Part shown: piece after piece, positions 31,872 through 42,093 of the stretch | How positions within the stretch are numbered: the first letter of the stretch is position 1 | How the letters are laid out: each line of letters starts with the position of its first letter | Origin: Rhodomicrobium sp. | GTDB taxonomy: Bacteria; Pseudomonadota; Alphaproteobacteria; Rhizobiales; Rhodomicrobiaceae | Assembly (NCBI GenBank): GCA_052145435.1 | Contig: JBKQOR010000125.1 | Span: 2,872-66,871, forward strand | DNA: 64,000 nucleotides | Reading direction: 5' to 3' | The notes under the pieces: model-generated | Databases searched by the model: none | Seen by the model: only the letters and a program-made list of their open reading frames with translations | What the model was told of the DNA's origin: nothing | Position numbers and translations under genes: made by a program

Positions 31872-34055
31872 TCAGGCCTTTTTGAGCGCGCGGATAAACG
31901 GCAGGTCGTAAACCCTTTCTCCGGTGAGCTTCGCCCATGCATTGGCGACCGCAGGCGCGATAGGCGGCACGCCCGGCTCGCCCACTCCGGTGGGCTTTTC
32001 CGTGGAAGGCACGATATGCACCTCGACCGGCGGCATTTCATCGATGCGAAGCTGCCGGTAGCCGTCGAAGTTCGATTGCACCACGCGGCCATCCTCGAGG
32101 TCGATGGCTCCGAATAGAGCGGCCGATAGGCCGAAGCCAACGCCGCCATCCATCTGTGCCTGGATTATGTCCGGGTTGATGGGCTGGCCGCAATCGACTG
32201 CCGTAACGACGCGCTCCACCTTAGGAAGCCCATCCTCGCCGGCGGAAACTTCCACGGCATGGGCGACGAAGCTATCGAAGGATTTGTGAACCGCAATCCC
32301 CCTCGCCTTACCCTTCGGGAGGGGCGTTCCCCATCCAGCCTTTTCCGCGGCGAGGTTCAAAACGGCGAGATGGCGGGGATGCCGGGCAAGCAGCTTGCGC
32401 CTAAGCGCCAGCTCATCTTGCCCTGCCGCTGCTGCCAGCTGGTCGAGGAAGGTTTCGACGGCATAGGCCGTATGCGTATGGCCGACGGACCGCCACCATA
32501 ACGTGGGCACGGCGATTTTTGCCTCGTGCACCGAGACCGCGAGATTGGGGATGGCGTAGGGCATGTCGCTTGCGCCTTCCACCATCGTCTCATCAATGCC
32601 GTGCTTCGCGATCGTGCCCTCGAACGCCGAGCCTCTGATAAAGGATTGTCCCGCGATCACCTGCTCCCAGGCGGCGATTTCGCCCGAGCTATCGATGCCC
32701 GCCTTGACGCGGTGGACGAATATCGGCCGGTAGCGCCCGCCGCGGATGTCGTCCTCGCGGCTCCAGACGATCTTGATGGGCCCCCGATGCTCCGCGGCTG
32801 TCATCACAAGCGCCGCTTCGGCCGCCATGTCTCCGGCGGGCGTTGCGCGCCGGCCGAAGCTGCCGCCCGCCAGCAGCGTATTAATCGCGACCTGCTCCGG
32901 CTTCAGCCCCAAGATCGCGGCCACCGTCATTTGGTCGACGGTTTGCAGCTGCGAGCCGAAGATCAGCTCAACGCCGCCCGGCGTGCGGCGGATGACGCAA
33001 TCGTTGGTCTCCATCGGCGCGTGCGCGAGGTACGGGAAGGTATAAGTGGCCTCGATAGTTTTCGCGGCCCTGCCAAACGCTGCAGCGCAATCTCCTCTGG
33101 AAGCGGCAGAGGCACCGTGGTTCCTCACGAGATCCTTGTATTCGGCGATGATTTGCTTGGAAGAGCGGCTCTCGGTTCCGGTCTCGTCCCATTCGGCCTT
33201 CACCGCATTGGCACCCTTGCGCGCGGCCCAGTAGCCATTGGCCAGGACCGCGACACCGGAGGGCGTCGCGAAGACTTCAGCGACGCCGTTTACCGCTAGA
33301 GCGGGCGCCGTATCGAAAGATTTGACTTTCGCGCCGAAACGGGTAGGCCGCGCAATGACGCAAGTCAGCATGTCCGGCATGTTCACGTCGAGGGTGTAGA
33401 TCGCACTCCCATCGGTCTTCGGCTTGACGTCGACGCGCGGATAAGACTTACCGATGTAACGCCATTGCGAAGGGACTTTCGGCTTCGGCGGCTGCCCGAG
33501 CGCGATTGTCTGCGCCGTCTCCACGAACGCGCCGAATTGCGCGGCCTTGCCTGAGCTGTGCTTCAGGGTGCCGCTCTCGATGGCGATTTCTGATGCAGGC
33601 TCGCCCCAAACCTGTGCGGCCGCGGCCACGAGCCGGGCGCGGGCTTCCGCGCCGGCGTGCCGGAGCTGGTCCCAGGAATTCGCCATGGCCGTCGAACCGC
33701 CGGTGCCCTGCACGCCGAAGAGCAGGTTCGCGTATTTGGTAACGTCGGCGGCGGCGGACTCGACCTTGATCTGATCGGGACGCGCGTCGAGCTCGTCGGC
33801 GATGATGGTCGCGAAACCGGTATACGGCCCTTGCCCGAACTCGATATGCTTACAATAGATCGTCACCATGCTATCGGGCGCGATCCGGATGAAGGCGTTT
33901 GGCACGAAATCGCCCGCGCTGCCGGCTCCGGCAGACAGAGCTTCGCCCGCAAGCCCTCGCGGCGTGAAGCGAAAGCCAATGACAAGGCCCGAAGCCGCAA
34001 GGGCGGCGCCCTTGAGAAATGCACGGCGTCCTGTTGCTTTTTCTATGATGGTCAT
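31872..34055 (-). CDS. iorB: Xanthine dehydrogenase family molybdopterin-binding subunit (isoquinoline 1-oxidoreductase beta-like)
   Basis: Tat-like [41 protein letters not shown]. Confidence 0.9.
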   Translation of the reverse strand: MTIIEKATGRRAFLKGAALAASGLVIGFRFTPRGLAGEALSAGAGSAGDFVPNAFIRIAPDSMVTIYCKHIEFGQGPYTGFATIIADELDARPDQIKVESAAADVTKYANLLFGVQGTGGSTAMANSWDQLRHAGAEARARLVAAAAQVWGEPASEIAIESGTLKHSSGKAAQFGAFVETAQTIALGQPPKPKVPSQWRYIGKSYPRVDVKPKTDGSAIYTLDVNMPDMLTCVIARPTRFGAKVKSFDTAPALAVNGVAEVFATPSGVAVLANGYWAARKGANAVKAEWDETGTESRSSKQIIAEYKDLVRNHGASAASRGDCAAAFGRAAKTIEATYTFPYLAHAPMETNDCVIRRTPGGVELIFGSQLQTVDQMTVAAILGLKPEQVAINTLLAGGSFGRRATPAGDMAAEAALVMTAAEHRGPIKIVWSREDDIRGGRYRPIFVHRVKAGIDSSGEIAAWEQVIAGQSFIRGSAFEGTIAKHGIDETMVEGASDMPYAIPNLAVSVHEAKIAVPTLWWRSVGHTHTAYAVETFLDQLAAAAGQDELALRRKLLARHPRHLAVLNLAAEKAGWGTPLPKGKARGIAVHKSFDSFVAHAVEVSAGEDGLPKVERVVTAVDCGQPINPDIIQAQMDGGVGFGLSAALFGAIDLEDGRVVQSNFDGYRQLRIDEMPPVEVHIVPSTEKPTGVGEPGVPPIAPAVANAWAKLTGERVYDLPFIRALKKA

Positions 34056-34057
34056 GC

Positions 34058-34519
34058 TCAGCCCTCCATGCGGCGGGACGCGGCGTGGATCGCGGCGCGG
34101 ATGCGGTTGTAGGTGGCGCAGCGGCAGATATTGCCTGCCATCGCAGAATCGATGTCGCTGTCCGTGGGCATTTTATTTTTCGCCAGCAACGCTGCCGCCG
34201 ACATGATCTGCCCAGATTGGCAATAGCCGCATTGCGGGACTTCGAGCGCGTTCCACGCAGCTCCTACGGCCTCGGCGGCTTTGCCCGAAAGCCCTTCAAT
34301 GGTGACGATCTCGCTGCCATCGGCGGCCGAGATAGGGATCACGCATGAGCGCACGGGATTGCCGTCCAGGTACACGGTACAGGCACCGCATTGGGCGATG
34401 CCGCAGCCGAACTTGGTACCGGTCAGTCCGATCTCGTCGCGGATAACCCATAAGAGCGGCGTATCGCCGTCCGCGGTCACCTCATGCCTCTTGCCGTTCA
34501 CGGTCACAGTCACTGCCAT
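34058..34519 (-). CDS. iorA: (2Fe-2S)-binding subunit (isoquinoline 1-oxidoreductase alpha-like)
   Basis: [34 protein letters not shown]. Confidence 0.92.
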   Translation of the reverse strand: MAVTVTVNGKRHEVTADGDTPLLWVIRDEIGLTGTKFGCGIAQCGACTVYLDGNPVRSCVIPISAADGSEIVTIEGLSGKAAEAVGAAWNALEVPQCGYCQSGQIMSAAALLAKNKMPTDSDIDSAMAGNICRCATYNRIRAAIHAASRRMEG

Positions 34520-34642
34520 AGCCGCTCTCTCCAACGCTGATGCTGGAGTGAACATCGTCATCGCACGGCGGGGGCGCAAATAAACTTCCGGAGAGCTGCG
34601 CCCAGTTTGTGCGGGCAGAGGCATGCCCAATCCGTGGCGATG

Positions 34643-34676
34643 TTGACAGAAAGCCGGCGCAGCCAGTACATATAAG
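34643..34676 (+). promoter_or_regulatory. Sigma70-type promoter of tRNA-Val
   Basis: TTGACA at 34643-34648 and an AT-rich TACATATAAG just upstream of the tRNA. Confidence 0.5.
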
Positions 34677-34689
34677 CGATCGCCGCAAC

Positions 34690-34764
34690 GGACACGTAGC
34701 TCAGCGGTAGAGCATTCGCTTCACACGCGAAGGGTCACAGGTTCAATCCCTGTCGTGTCCACCA
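34690..34764 (+). tRNA. tRNA-Val(CAC)
   Basis: Acceptor GGACACG/CGTGTCC, anticodon arm TTCGC-TT-CAC-AC-GCGAA, GGTTCAATCC T-arm, encoded CCA. Confidence 0.97.
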
Positions 34765-35033
34765 AAAACACCAAATAAGCCATTGTTTCTGATAGACGTT
34801 TCTCTTGGCTGGACAATTCTGCCCTCGAGAGGGACAGCACCGCGATGTTGCGTTGTCCATATACGAGGCAGTGATATGCGGTTATTAGGGGGGTGAGCAG
34901 CCAGCAGCTCATGGTGTTTTCGGTCACGGCAGCTCCCTTTCAATCGCGGCATGCTGGCCGTGAGGCATAGAGGCTGGAGTTATAACTCAGATGTATGTTA
35001 TGTTGTGAGTTATAAACGGACGCTTTATCGCTC

Positions 35034-35234
35034 ATGATCTGGAACTGGCAGCAGGCGGATTGGCCAAGCTTCACTTACGGCAAGGCCCGGCTCAACGGCG
35101 GCCACGAAAGGCGTCTTCCGCGCCGCCCGTGTGGAATGCTCGTCTGGAGCCCGGCCGGCGCGCACTTGCCAGCGCCGGCGCGTTATCCGCGGCCATCTCT
35201 GAGCGGCCTGGTGGATAGGCTAGCCTTGCCCTAG
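35034..35234 (+). pseudogene. Fic family (DUF4172 N-terminus) remnant
   Basis: MIWNWQQADWPSFTY matches the W.WQ..DWP.F start of DUF4172-Fic proteins. Similarity is lost after about 20 codons, with no Fic motif. Confidence 0.6.
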
Positions 35235-36529
35235 GAGGCTCCAAACACGCGCTCGAAGATCGCGTCGACACTGCGCAGGTGCGTTCGCAGATCGAACAGC
35301 GCCTCGAGTTCCGCAGCCGGAAGCGCCGCGCTGACCTCCGGATCGGCCTTCAAGAACTCCAGGAACGAGCCTTCGCCATGGAACGCGCGCATCGCGTTTC
35401 TCTGCACGAGGCGATAGGCGTCCTCGCGGCTGATGCCTTTCTGTGTGAGCGCGAGCAGCACTTGCTGGGAGTGAACCAATCCGCCGCCGCGTTCGAGGTT
35501 CTGGCGCATACGCTCGGGGTAAACGGCGAGCTTGTCGACGACCCCGGCGAGGCGCGCGAGCGCAAAGTCGAGCGTCACGGTCGCGTCCGGGCCGATCATC
35601 CGCTCCACCGAGGAATGCGAAATGTCGCGCTCGTGCCATAGCGCAACGTTCTCCATAGCAGGCAGCGCATAGCCGCGCACGATCCGCGCGAGGCCTGTAA
35701 GGTTCTCGGTCAGCACGGGGTTGCGTTTGTGCGGCATAGCCGACGAGCCTTTCTGCCCTTGCGAGAAAAACTCTTCGGCCTCGCCAACCTCGGTGCGCTG
35801 CAGATGGCGGATTTCGGTCGCAAGGCGCTCCACCGACGAGGCAATCACGCCGAGAACCGCAAAGTACATGGCATGGCGGTCGCGGGGAATGATCTGGGTC
35901 GAGACGGGCTCGGGCTTGAGGCCAAGCTTCTCCGCGACGTAAGCCTCAACGCGCGGGTCAAGATGCGCGAACGTGCCGACTGCGCCCGAGATTGCGCAAG
36001 TGCTGATATCTTCCTTGGCGCATGCGAGCCGCTCCTTTGCGCGTGCGAACTCCGCATAGGCGAAAGCAAGCTTTAGCCCGAAGGTCGTGGGCTCGGCGTG
36101 AATGCCGTGGCTGCGGCCCACGGTGACGGTATATTTATGCTCCATCGCCCGGCGCTTCAGCGCGGCGAGCAGCGCATCGAGATCGGCGAGCAGAATGTCC
36201 GCGGCGCGCCCGAGCTGCACCGCAAGGCACGTGTCGAGCACATCCGAAGAGGTCATGCCCTGATGCATGAAGCGCGCCTCGGGCCCGGCATGCTCGGCCA
36301 CACTCGTCAGAAACGCGATGACATCGTGCTTGACCTCGCGCTCGATCTCATCGATACGCGCGATATTGAAGCCTCCGCGCTCGCGCAGGATTTTCGTCGT
36401 GCCGGCCGGCACTTGGCCAAGCTCCTCCATCGCTTCGGCGGCAAGCGTCTCGATCTCGAGCCAGATTTCGTATTTCGATTGGTCCGACCAAATGGCGGCC
36501 ATTTGCGGCCGTGAGTAGCGGGGTATCAT
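35231..36529 (-). CDS. purB: Adenylosuccinate lyase
   Basis: MIPRYSRP, HDVIAF, GRSHGIHAEPTTFG, GSSAMPHKRNP. Confidence 0.97.
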   Translation of the reverse strand: MIPRYSRPQMAAIWSDQSKYEIWLEIETLAAEAMEELGQVPAGTTKILRERGGFNIARIDEIEREVKHDVIAFLTSVAEHAGPEARFMHQGMTSSDVLDTCLAVQLGRAADILLADLDALLAALKRRAMEHKYTVTVGRSHGIHAEPTTFGLKLAFAYAEFARAKERLACAKEDISTCAISGAVGTFAHLDPRVEAYVAEKLGLKPEPVSTQIIPRDRHAMYFAVLGVIASSVERLATEIRHLQRTEVGEAEEFFSQGQKGSSAMPHKRNPVLTENLTGLARIVRGYALPAMENVALWHERDISHSSVERMIGPDATVTLDFALARLAGVVDKLAVYPERMRQNLERGGGLVHSQQVLLALTQKGISREDAYRLVQRNAMRAFHGEGSFLEFLKADPEVSAALPAAELEALFDLRTHLRSVDAIFERVFGAS

Positions 36530-36540
36530 GGGGGCTCTCT

Positions 36541-37374
36541 TTAGGCTGCGGAAGCCGCCTCGAAGGGCGACGGGGTGAGGTGATGGGACTGCAATAGCTG
36601 CAGGAGCCCGGGCGAAGGGCAGAGGCCCGAGGTGAACTGGATTTCGCCGCAGCCACGCGTTGCGCCGGCGCCGGCGATGTGGCCTTCGCCTTCGAGCACA
36701 TTGGCGATACGCCGCGCAATGGCCGGTGCCGGATCTAGCCAAATGACAGGCCAAGGCGCAAGCGCGTCGAGCCTATCGAGGAGAAGCGGATAGTGCGTGC
36801 AGCCAAGCACTACGACATCGGTTTTGGCGCCGCCATCTTCGACAAAGCAGGGAGCGATCTCGCGGGCGATTGCTTCGTCGTCCACGGCTTCGCCGCTGGC
36901 ATGGGCCTCGGCCAGCGCTGCAAGGGAGGGCGCGCCGGCAAGCGTGAAGCGAACGCCGCTTCCGAATTTTTCGACCAGCCCTCGCGTATATTCGCGGGCA
37001 ACGGTTGCGGGCGTAGCGAGCACTGAGACAAGACCGCTTCTGGTCAGAGCAGCGGCGGGCTTCACCGCCGGCACAGTTCCGACGATGGGCACGGCGACGC
37101 TCTGGCGCAGAGCGTGAAGCGCAATCGTGGACGCGGTATTGCACGCGAGCACGATGCAATCGGGTGCGAAATGCCGGACGGCCGGCTCGATCAGCTCCAG
37201 AAGCCGCGAGATGAGCTCAGCTTCGCTCCGCGAGCCGTAGGGAAAGCCGGCATCGTCCGCAATGAAGCGGACATCGGCCTCAGGCACTGCCTGGCGCGCG
37301 GCGCGCAGCACCGTCAAGCCGCCAAGCCCTGAATCGATAAAGAGTAGCCGCGGGGCGCGTTCGAAAATGCTCAT
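36541..37374 (-). CDS. murI: Glutamate racemase
   Basis: DSGLGGLTV, FPYG, LACNTAS, LGCTHYP. Confidence 0.95.
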   Translation of the reverse strand: MSIFERAPRLLFIDSGLGGLTVLRAARQAVPEADVRFIADDAGFPYGSRSEAELISRLLELIEPAVRHFAPDCIVLACNTASTIALHALRQSVAVPIVGTVPAVKPAAALTRSGLVSVLATPATVAREYTRGLVEKFGSGVRFTLAGAPSLAALAEAHASGEAVDDEAIAREIAPCFVEDGGAKTDVVVLGCTHYPLLLDRLDALAPWPVIWLDPAPAIARRIANVLEGEGHIAGAGATRGCGEIQFTSGLCPSPGLLQLLQSHHLTPSPFEAASAA

Positions 37375-37427
37375 CCTGCCGTCATTCCACGAGCCCAGAG
37401 GCTAAAGCGACTCCTTACATACTCCAT

Positions 37428-38471
37428 TCAAGCGCGCGCGAAAAGCTTGGCGTAGGCTTGAGTTCCGTCCGGCAAGCTGCCCGTAGCCTCATAGACGCCG
37501 CGTGCGATGGCTCTCGCCACACAATTCGCGGCGGCGGCGCCAAGGAAGGGCAATGCGAACATGGGATCGGGGAGCGGTATTTTGCCAGTTGCCAGCACGA
37601 AAACGATATCGCCATCGAAGGGCGTGAAGACGGGAACGATGGCACGGGCCATCCCCGCCGCGGCCATCATGGCGAGGCGTTTGCACTGAGCCTGAGTGAG
37701 CGCCGCATCGGTGGCCACAATGCAAAGCGTCGTGTTCGCGCGCTCCGCAAGCGGGAATTTGAAGTTGGGCCGTCCAGTATTTTCCGGCCACGGATGCGGG
37801 GAGCCGAGGCCGCCGAATTCGTTGCCCCGCTCGAAAGGCGCAGCCCAGAAATGCGGCGTGTCCGCGACCGTTACCGCGCCGGCTGCGTTTACGGCTGCGA
37901 GCGCGCCCACCGTGACTTCCGAAGCGGCGTCCACGGCGGGGTCTGGAACCTTTTCGGATGCGCTTCCCAATCCGCCGCGAAGCGGGCAGCTCCGCCCCGA
38001 CGCGACCATTGCGCCAAATCCCGCTCCAGCCGAGCCCAGCTCGAAATCGAGTGACGCTGAAGCCGCCGCTGCATAGCCCAACTCGCGATAAGGCGGATGC
38101 CGGGCCCAATCTTTATCTCCGCCGTTGAGAAGATCGAAAAGGATCGCTTGCGGTACAATCGGCACCCGGGCCGAGCGCACCGGAAAGCCTCGGCCTTGCT
38201 CGCGCAGGAAGCTCTGCACGCCAGTCGCCGCATCGAGTCCGAAGGCCGATCCGCCGGAAAGTACAATGGCATCGGCGGCTCCAACGGAGCCCTCAAGGCC
38301 GAGTGCGTCCATCTCGCGCGACCCAGGTCCGCCGCCGAAGACCGAGGCGGCGGCAACCGAGGCGGCTTCGCACAGCACGGCCGTGACGCCCGATGCGAGG
38401 CTATCGTCATGCGCATTGCCAACGCAAAGCCCGCTTACATCCGTGATCGAATTGCGAGGACCGGTAGGCAT
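37428..38471 (-). CDS. P1 family peptidase (DmpA-like L-aminopeptidase/D-esterase)
   Basis: RNSITDVSGLCVGNA, GGGPGSRE, LSGGSAFGL, ANTTL, DGDIVF. Confidence 0.88.
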   Translation of the reverse strand: MPTGPRNSITDVSGLCVGNAHDDSLASGVTAVLCEAASVAAASVFGGGPGSREMDALGLEGSVGAADAIVLSGGSAFGLDAATGVQSFLREQGRGFPVRSARVPIVPQAILFDLLNGGDKDWARHPPYRELGYAAAASASLDFELGSAGAGFGAMVASGRSCPLRGGLGSASEKVPDPAVDAASEVTVGALAAVNAAGAVTVADTPHFWAAPFERGNEFGGLGSPHPWPENTGRPNFKFPLAERANTTLCIVATDAALTQAQCKRLAMMAAAGMARAIVPVFTPFDGDIVFVLATGKIPLPDPMFALPFLGAAAANCVARAIARGVYEATGSLPDGTQAYAKLFARA

Positions 38472-38505
38472 GGTGCGTTTAAGTCCGCCCTGATCGAGCG
38501 TTCCT

Positions 38506-38609
38506 CCCCTCACCCTGTCCCTCTCCCATCGGGAGAGGGGACGGTGTTGCGCGCTCAGCGCCACATTCAGGCGTTCCTTCTCCCGGGGGGAGAAGGACAG
38601 GATGAGGGG
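38506..38609. repeat. Modular CCCCTCACCC element, copy b
   Basis: CCCCTCACCCTGTCCCTCTCCC...GGGAGAAGGACAGGATGAGGGG. Confidence 0.75.
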
Positions 38610-38730
38610 CGTGACGCTCGATCATGACCGTATCCGATAGCTGAATAAGCCTTGCGTTAGCGCCCATGCGTTGAGGCCGGAGACGGGCTTCGCTCGCAAT
38701 GACGCCGATGGCACGCTAATGCGTGACGAT

Positions 38731-39840
38731 CTATTCCTGCTCATATGTGGTTTTGCTCCACTTGTAGACAACATAGGGGACCAAGCTCGGATCGCCCTTT
38801 GCGTCGAACTTGAACTTTCCGAGTACGGTGTCGAACTCGCCGGAGTCGAGCGCGGCTTTGACCTTCTCCGCATCGAAAGACTTCGCCTTCTCAGCCGCGC
38901 CCTTCCATGCCTGGACCGCAGCGTAGGCGTAAAGAACGTAACCCTCGGGGTCGATATTCTTGGCCCGGTATTCCTTCACAACGGCTGCGGCGGCCGGGTT
39001 CTTGCGCGGATCGGGCGAGAAGGTGAGGAGCGTGCCTTCGACATCGGGACCGGCGATCTGGCCGAGTTCTGTCGAAACGAGCGCATCGCCGCCCATGAGG
39101 ATCGTCTTCATGCCTTGAGCGCGCATCTGCCGGATAATGAGTCCGGCCTCGGTATGATAGCCGCCGAGATAGACGAGATCGATTTTGGCTTCCTTGAGCT
39201 TGGTTACAACGGCGCTATAGTCTTTTTCCCCGGCGGTGATCGTGTCGTAAAAGACTTCCATCTTGCCGGCGGCGTTCATCGCCTTCTTGGTTTCGTCGGC
39301 CAAACCTTTGCCGTAAGCCGTCTTGTCGTTAAGAATCGCGACGTTCTTGTCTTTGTATTTCGCCGCGAGATATTTACCGGCAACCGAGCCTTGCTGGTCG
39401 TCGCGGCCGCAAACGCGGTAGCTGAAACCGTCTTTCGGACGCTCATCGGTGTATTTCGGGTTTGTCGAGGCGGGCGAGATTTGGATGATGCCGGCTTCGT
39501 TATAAACGTCGGAGGCGGGGATCGAGGAGCCGGAGCAGTAATGGCCGGCCACGAAGACTACCTTCTTTGCCGCGAGTTGCTCGGCCACGGAGCGCGCCTG
39601 CTTTGGATCGCATGCGTCGTCGCCTTGTTCCAGCTTGAGCTTCTTGCCGAGCACGCCGCCCGCCGCGTTAATATCGGCAACCGCGGCCTCCGCGCCTGCT
39701 TTGAACTGAGCGCCGAAGCTCGCATATTCGCCCGTCATGGGGCCCGCGACCGCGATGCTGACTTCGGTTTGGGCGAACGCGGTGGAAGCGAGCCCGAGGC
39801 CTGCTCCCAGAACGGCAAGGCTCGCAAGCTTTAGACGCAT
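38731..39840 (-). CDS. livK: Branched-chain amino acid ABC transporter substrate-binding protein
   Basis: Signal peptide, GPMTGEYASFG, DDACDPKQA, GHYCSGSSIPAS, RDDQQG. Confidence 0.93.
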   Translation of the reverse strand: MRLKLASLAVLGAGLGLASTAFAQTEVSIAVAGPMTGEYASFGAQFKAGAEAAVADINAAGGVLGKKLKLEQGDDACDPKQARSVAEQLAAKKVVFVAGHYCSGSSIPASDVYNEAGIIQISPASTNPKYTDERPKDGFSYRVCGRDDQQGSVAGKYLAAKYKDKNVAILNDKTAYGKGLADETKKAMNAAGKMEVFYDTITAGEKDYSAVVTKLKEAKIDLVYLGGYHTEAGLIIRQMRAQGMKTILMGGDALVSTELGQIAGPDVEGTLLTFSPDPRKNPAAAAVVKEYRAKNIDPEGYVLYAYAAVQAWKGAAEKAKSFDAEKVKAALDSGEFDTVLGKFKFDAKGDPSLVPYVVYKWSKTTYEQE

Positions 39841-39907
39841 GGTTATTCCCCTTTTTTGCGTTGAAAGTTCAAGAACTGCAAATTCAGAACGGGTATATTT
39901 CCACGGA

Positions 39908-40300
39908 TTACGGCTGTCCGGTGGCGTCTTTTCCAGTACGCCAGCCGGGCGGACCGGCTTCGGCGGTCAGCCAGCCATATTGCCGTAGCATTTGCGCTCT
40001 TCTTTGCAGCCGGAAACCGAGCGCGGCGAAGAGCAGAAGGATCGCGGTATCGGTGGCGTAATAGTGCGGAGAATGCATATTGCCTTGCGCCGCGCGCCAG
40101 CTTGCAAGCGTCGCCCCGGCGAACAGCCCCCAATGCAGGAAACGGATGGCCACGCCAAGCGTCATCGTATAGATAGCGGCCTGCCAGAACGGCTTCCAGC
40201 CCTTCGCGGCCGCGCGCCCGATCATAAACGCCGCGCCGCCCCCGCAGAGGACCGTGACGAAAAGGAACGCCCAGAGCGAATTTTCGTAGATTATGCCCAT
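39908..40300 (-). CDS. Small membrane protein of the liv operon (DUF6867-like)
   Basis: FLFVTVLCGGGAAFMIGRA..W.P, RFLHWGLF...L, QMLRQYGW. Confidence 0.7.
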   Translation of the reverse strand: MGIIYENSLWAFLFVTVLCGGGAAFMIGRAAAKGWKPFWQAAIYTMTLGVAIRFLHWGLFAGATLASWRAAQGNMHSPHYYATDTAILLLFAALGFRLQRRAQMLRQYGWLTAEAGPPGWRTGKDATGQP

Positions 40301-40309
40301 GGGGTTCCA

Positions 40310-40405
40310 CCCCTCACCCTGTCCCTCTCCCACTGGGAGAGGGGACGCAGTTGCAACGGGCACGCCCTGCCCCCTCTCCCATGGGGAGAGGGTTGGGGTG
40401 AGGGG
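40310..40405. repeat. Modular CCCCTCACCC element, copy c (inside the liv operon)
   Basis: CCCTCACCCTGTCCCTCTCCC...GGGAGAGGGTTGGGGTGAGGGG. Confidence 0.8.
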
Positions 40406-40429
40406 AGATTCCCCCAATGATCCAACACG

Positions 40430-41161
40430 TTAAGCATGAGCGCCACCCTCCAGATACGCCGCCTTCACCTCCTCGCGTTTCAGGAGGTCGGCGGCCTTGC
40501 CCGACATGGTGATCTGGCCGTTGACCATAACATAGCCGCGATGCGCAAGCTTCAGCGCGTGAAAAGCATTCTGCTCCACGAGGAACACGGTAAGGCCGCG
40601 GCTCCGGTTCAGCTCGCGGATCACCGAGAAGATCTGGCGCACGATGAGCGGGGCTAGGCCAAGTGAAGGTTCATCGAGGAGAAGCAGCCTTGGCCGCCCC
40701 ATCAGAGCGCGCGCGATAGAGAGCATCTGCTGCTCGCCGCCGGACAGCGTCCCGCCGCGCTGGTTGCGCCGCTTCGATAGCACGGGGAACAGATCGAAGA
40801 CCATGCCGAGATCGGTTTTGAGCACGCCCGCATCCTGCGGCGCGAGGAGAGCCCCCATCAACAGGTTTTCGTACACGGTCATGCGCGCGAAAATGCGCCG
40901 GCCTTCGGGCGATTGCGCAATGGAAAGCCGCATGATCTCGTGGGTGGGCAGCCGCGTAATGTTCTCTCCAGCGAAAACGATGTGGCCGCTTCTTGCGCGG
41001 GGATCGCCGCAGATGGTCATCATCAGCGTGGTCTTGCCCGCGCCGTTCGAGCCGATCAGCGTGACGATTTCGCCTTCATACACGTCGAGATCGACACCCT
41101 TCAGCGCGCGGATGCTGCCGTAATAGGTCTCGACGCCGTGAATGGAGAGGAGCGGGGTCAT
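40430..41161 (-). CDS. livF: Branched-chain amino acid ABC transporter ATPase
   Basis: GSNGAGKT, LSGGEQQM, LLLLDEPSLGLAP. Confidence 0.95.
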   Translation of the reverse strand: MTPLLSIHGVETYYGSIRALKGVDLDVYEGEIVTLIGSNGAGKTTLMMTICGDPRARSGHIVFAGENITRLPTHEIMRLSIAQSPEGRRIFARMTVYENLLMGALLAPQDAGVLKTDLGMVFDLFPVLSKRRNQRGGTLSGGEQQMLSIARALMGRPRLLLLDEPSLGLAPLIVRQIFSVIRELNRSRGLTVFLVEQNAFHALKLAHRGYVMVNGQITMSGKAADLLKREEVKAAYLEGGAHA

Positions 41162-42093
41162 AGGCCGGCCTCCGCTTCGGCTTCTTCCACCTCGTTATCC
41201 TCGACGCCGAGATAAGCCGCGATAACCTTTGGGTCGGCGCGGATTTGGGCTGGCGTGCCTTCGGCAATTTTGCGTCCGTAATCGAGAACGATGACGCGGT
41301 CCGAGATACCCATCACCACGCCCATGTCGTGCTCGATCAAAAGGATGGACAGCGCGTGTTCCTCGCGGATTTTAAGGAGAAGCCCGTTCAGCTCGGCGGA
41401 TTCGCGCGGGTTGAGGCCAGCAGCCGGTTCGTCGAGGCAGAGGAGCACGGGCGAGGTGCACATGGCGCGCGCGATCTCGAGCCGGCGTTGCGCGCCATAG
41501 GGCAGGTCCGCGGCAGGATCGTCCGCCCGGCCGAGAAGCCCCGTTTCCTTGAGCCAATAAGCCGCGCGGTCAATCGCCTCCGCCTGGGCACGCGCGTAGC
41601 TTTTAAGGTGGAGAAGTGCGCCTATTGTGAACCCAGACGCTGCATTCAAGGCGTTGTGCTGGGCGACGAGCAAATTTTCGAGCACGGTCATGCCGCCGAA
41701 AAGCCGGATGTTCTGGAACGTGCGGGCGACGTGCGCGGTGCGCGCGATTTGGTAGCCTTCCATCCGTTCGAGCAGGAAGAGCGCACCGCCGGGCGCCGGT
41801 GTCCACTGCCTGCCGCTCGCGGTCAGCTCTGGCAGCGCTTCGAAAGCGGATTGATCGCCGTGAGCGAGCGCGATCCGGCCCGCGGTTGGCTTATAGAAGC
41901 CCGTAATGCAGTTGAAGACGGTCGTCTTGCCGGCGCCGTTGGGTCCAATAATCGCGGTGATCTCACCGCGGTGTGCGGAGAAGGACAGGCCGTCGATTGC
42001 GACCAAGCCCCCGAAGCGCATAGTCACGTGCTCGGCGAGCAAAATGTGGCCGTCTGCCGGGGGCGGGGGAATGTGGGGGGCGCCGGCGCTCAT
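41158..42093 (-). CDS. livG: Branched-chain amino acid ABC transporter ATPase
   Basis: GPNGAGKT, RTFQNIRLF, LPYGAQRRLEIARA, DEPAAGLN. Confidence 0.95.
   Translation of the reverse strand: MSAGAPHIPPPPADGHILLAEHVTMRFGGLVAIDGLSFSAHRGEITAIIGPNGAGKTTVFNCITGFYKPTAGRIALAHGDQSAFEALPELTASGRQWTPAPGGALFLLERMEGYQIARTAHVARTFQNIRLFGGMTVLENLLVAQHNALNAASGFTIGALLHLKSYARAQAEAIDRAAYWLKETGLLGRADDPAADLPYGAQRRLEIARAMCTSPVLLCLDEPAAGLNPRESAELNGLLLKIREEHALSILLIEHDMGVVMGISDRVIVLDYGRKIAEGTPAQIRADPKVIAAYLGVEDNEVEEAEAEAGL

Noticed and set aside
34721-34952. Two short minus-strand ORFs and a possible integrase remnant
   Set aside because: They overlap the tRNA-Val on the opposite strand. No tyrosine-recombinase motif is recognisable, and no direct repeat of the tRNA-Val 3' end was found downstream.
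38671-39834. 387-aa plus-strand ORF, and similar long antisense ORFs at 43790-44668, 54422-55834 and 60649-61917
   Set aside because: They are mirror frames of livK, livH, ileS and aspS, with no independent RBS or family signal.
40301-40417. Repeat copy c is in frame with DUF6867 (likewise copy b with the peptidase), suggesting Rickettsia-style coding repeats
   Set aside because: The upstream start is a TTG with no RBS, and the genes have normal ATG starts downstream; open frames are expected in these GC-rich repeats.
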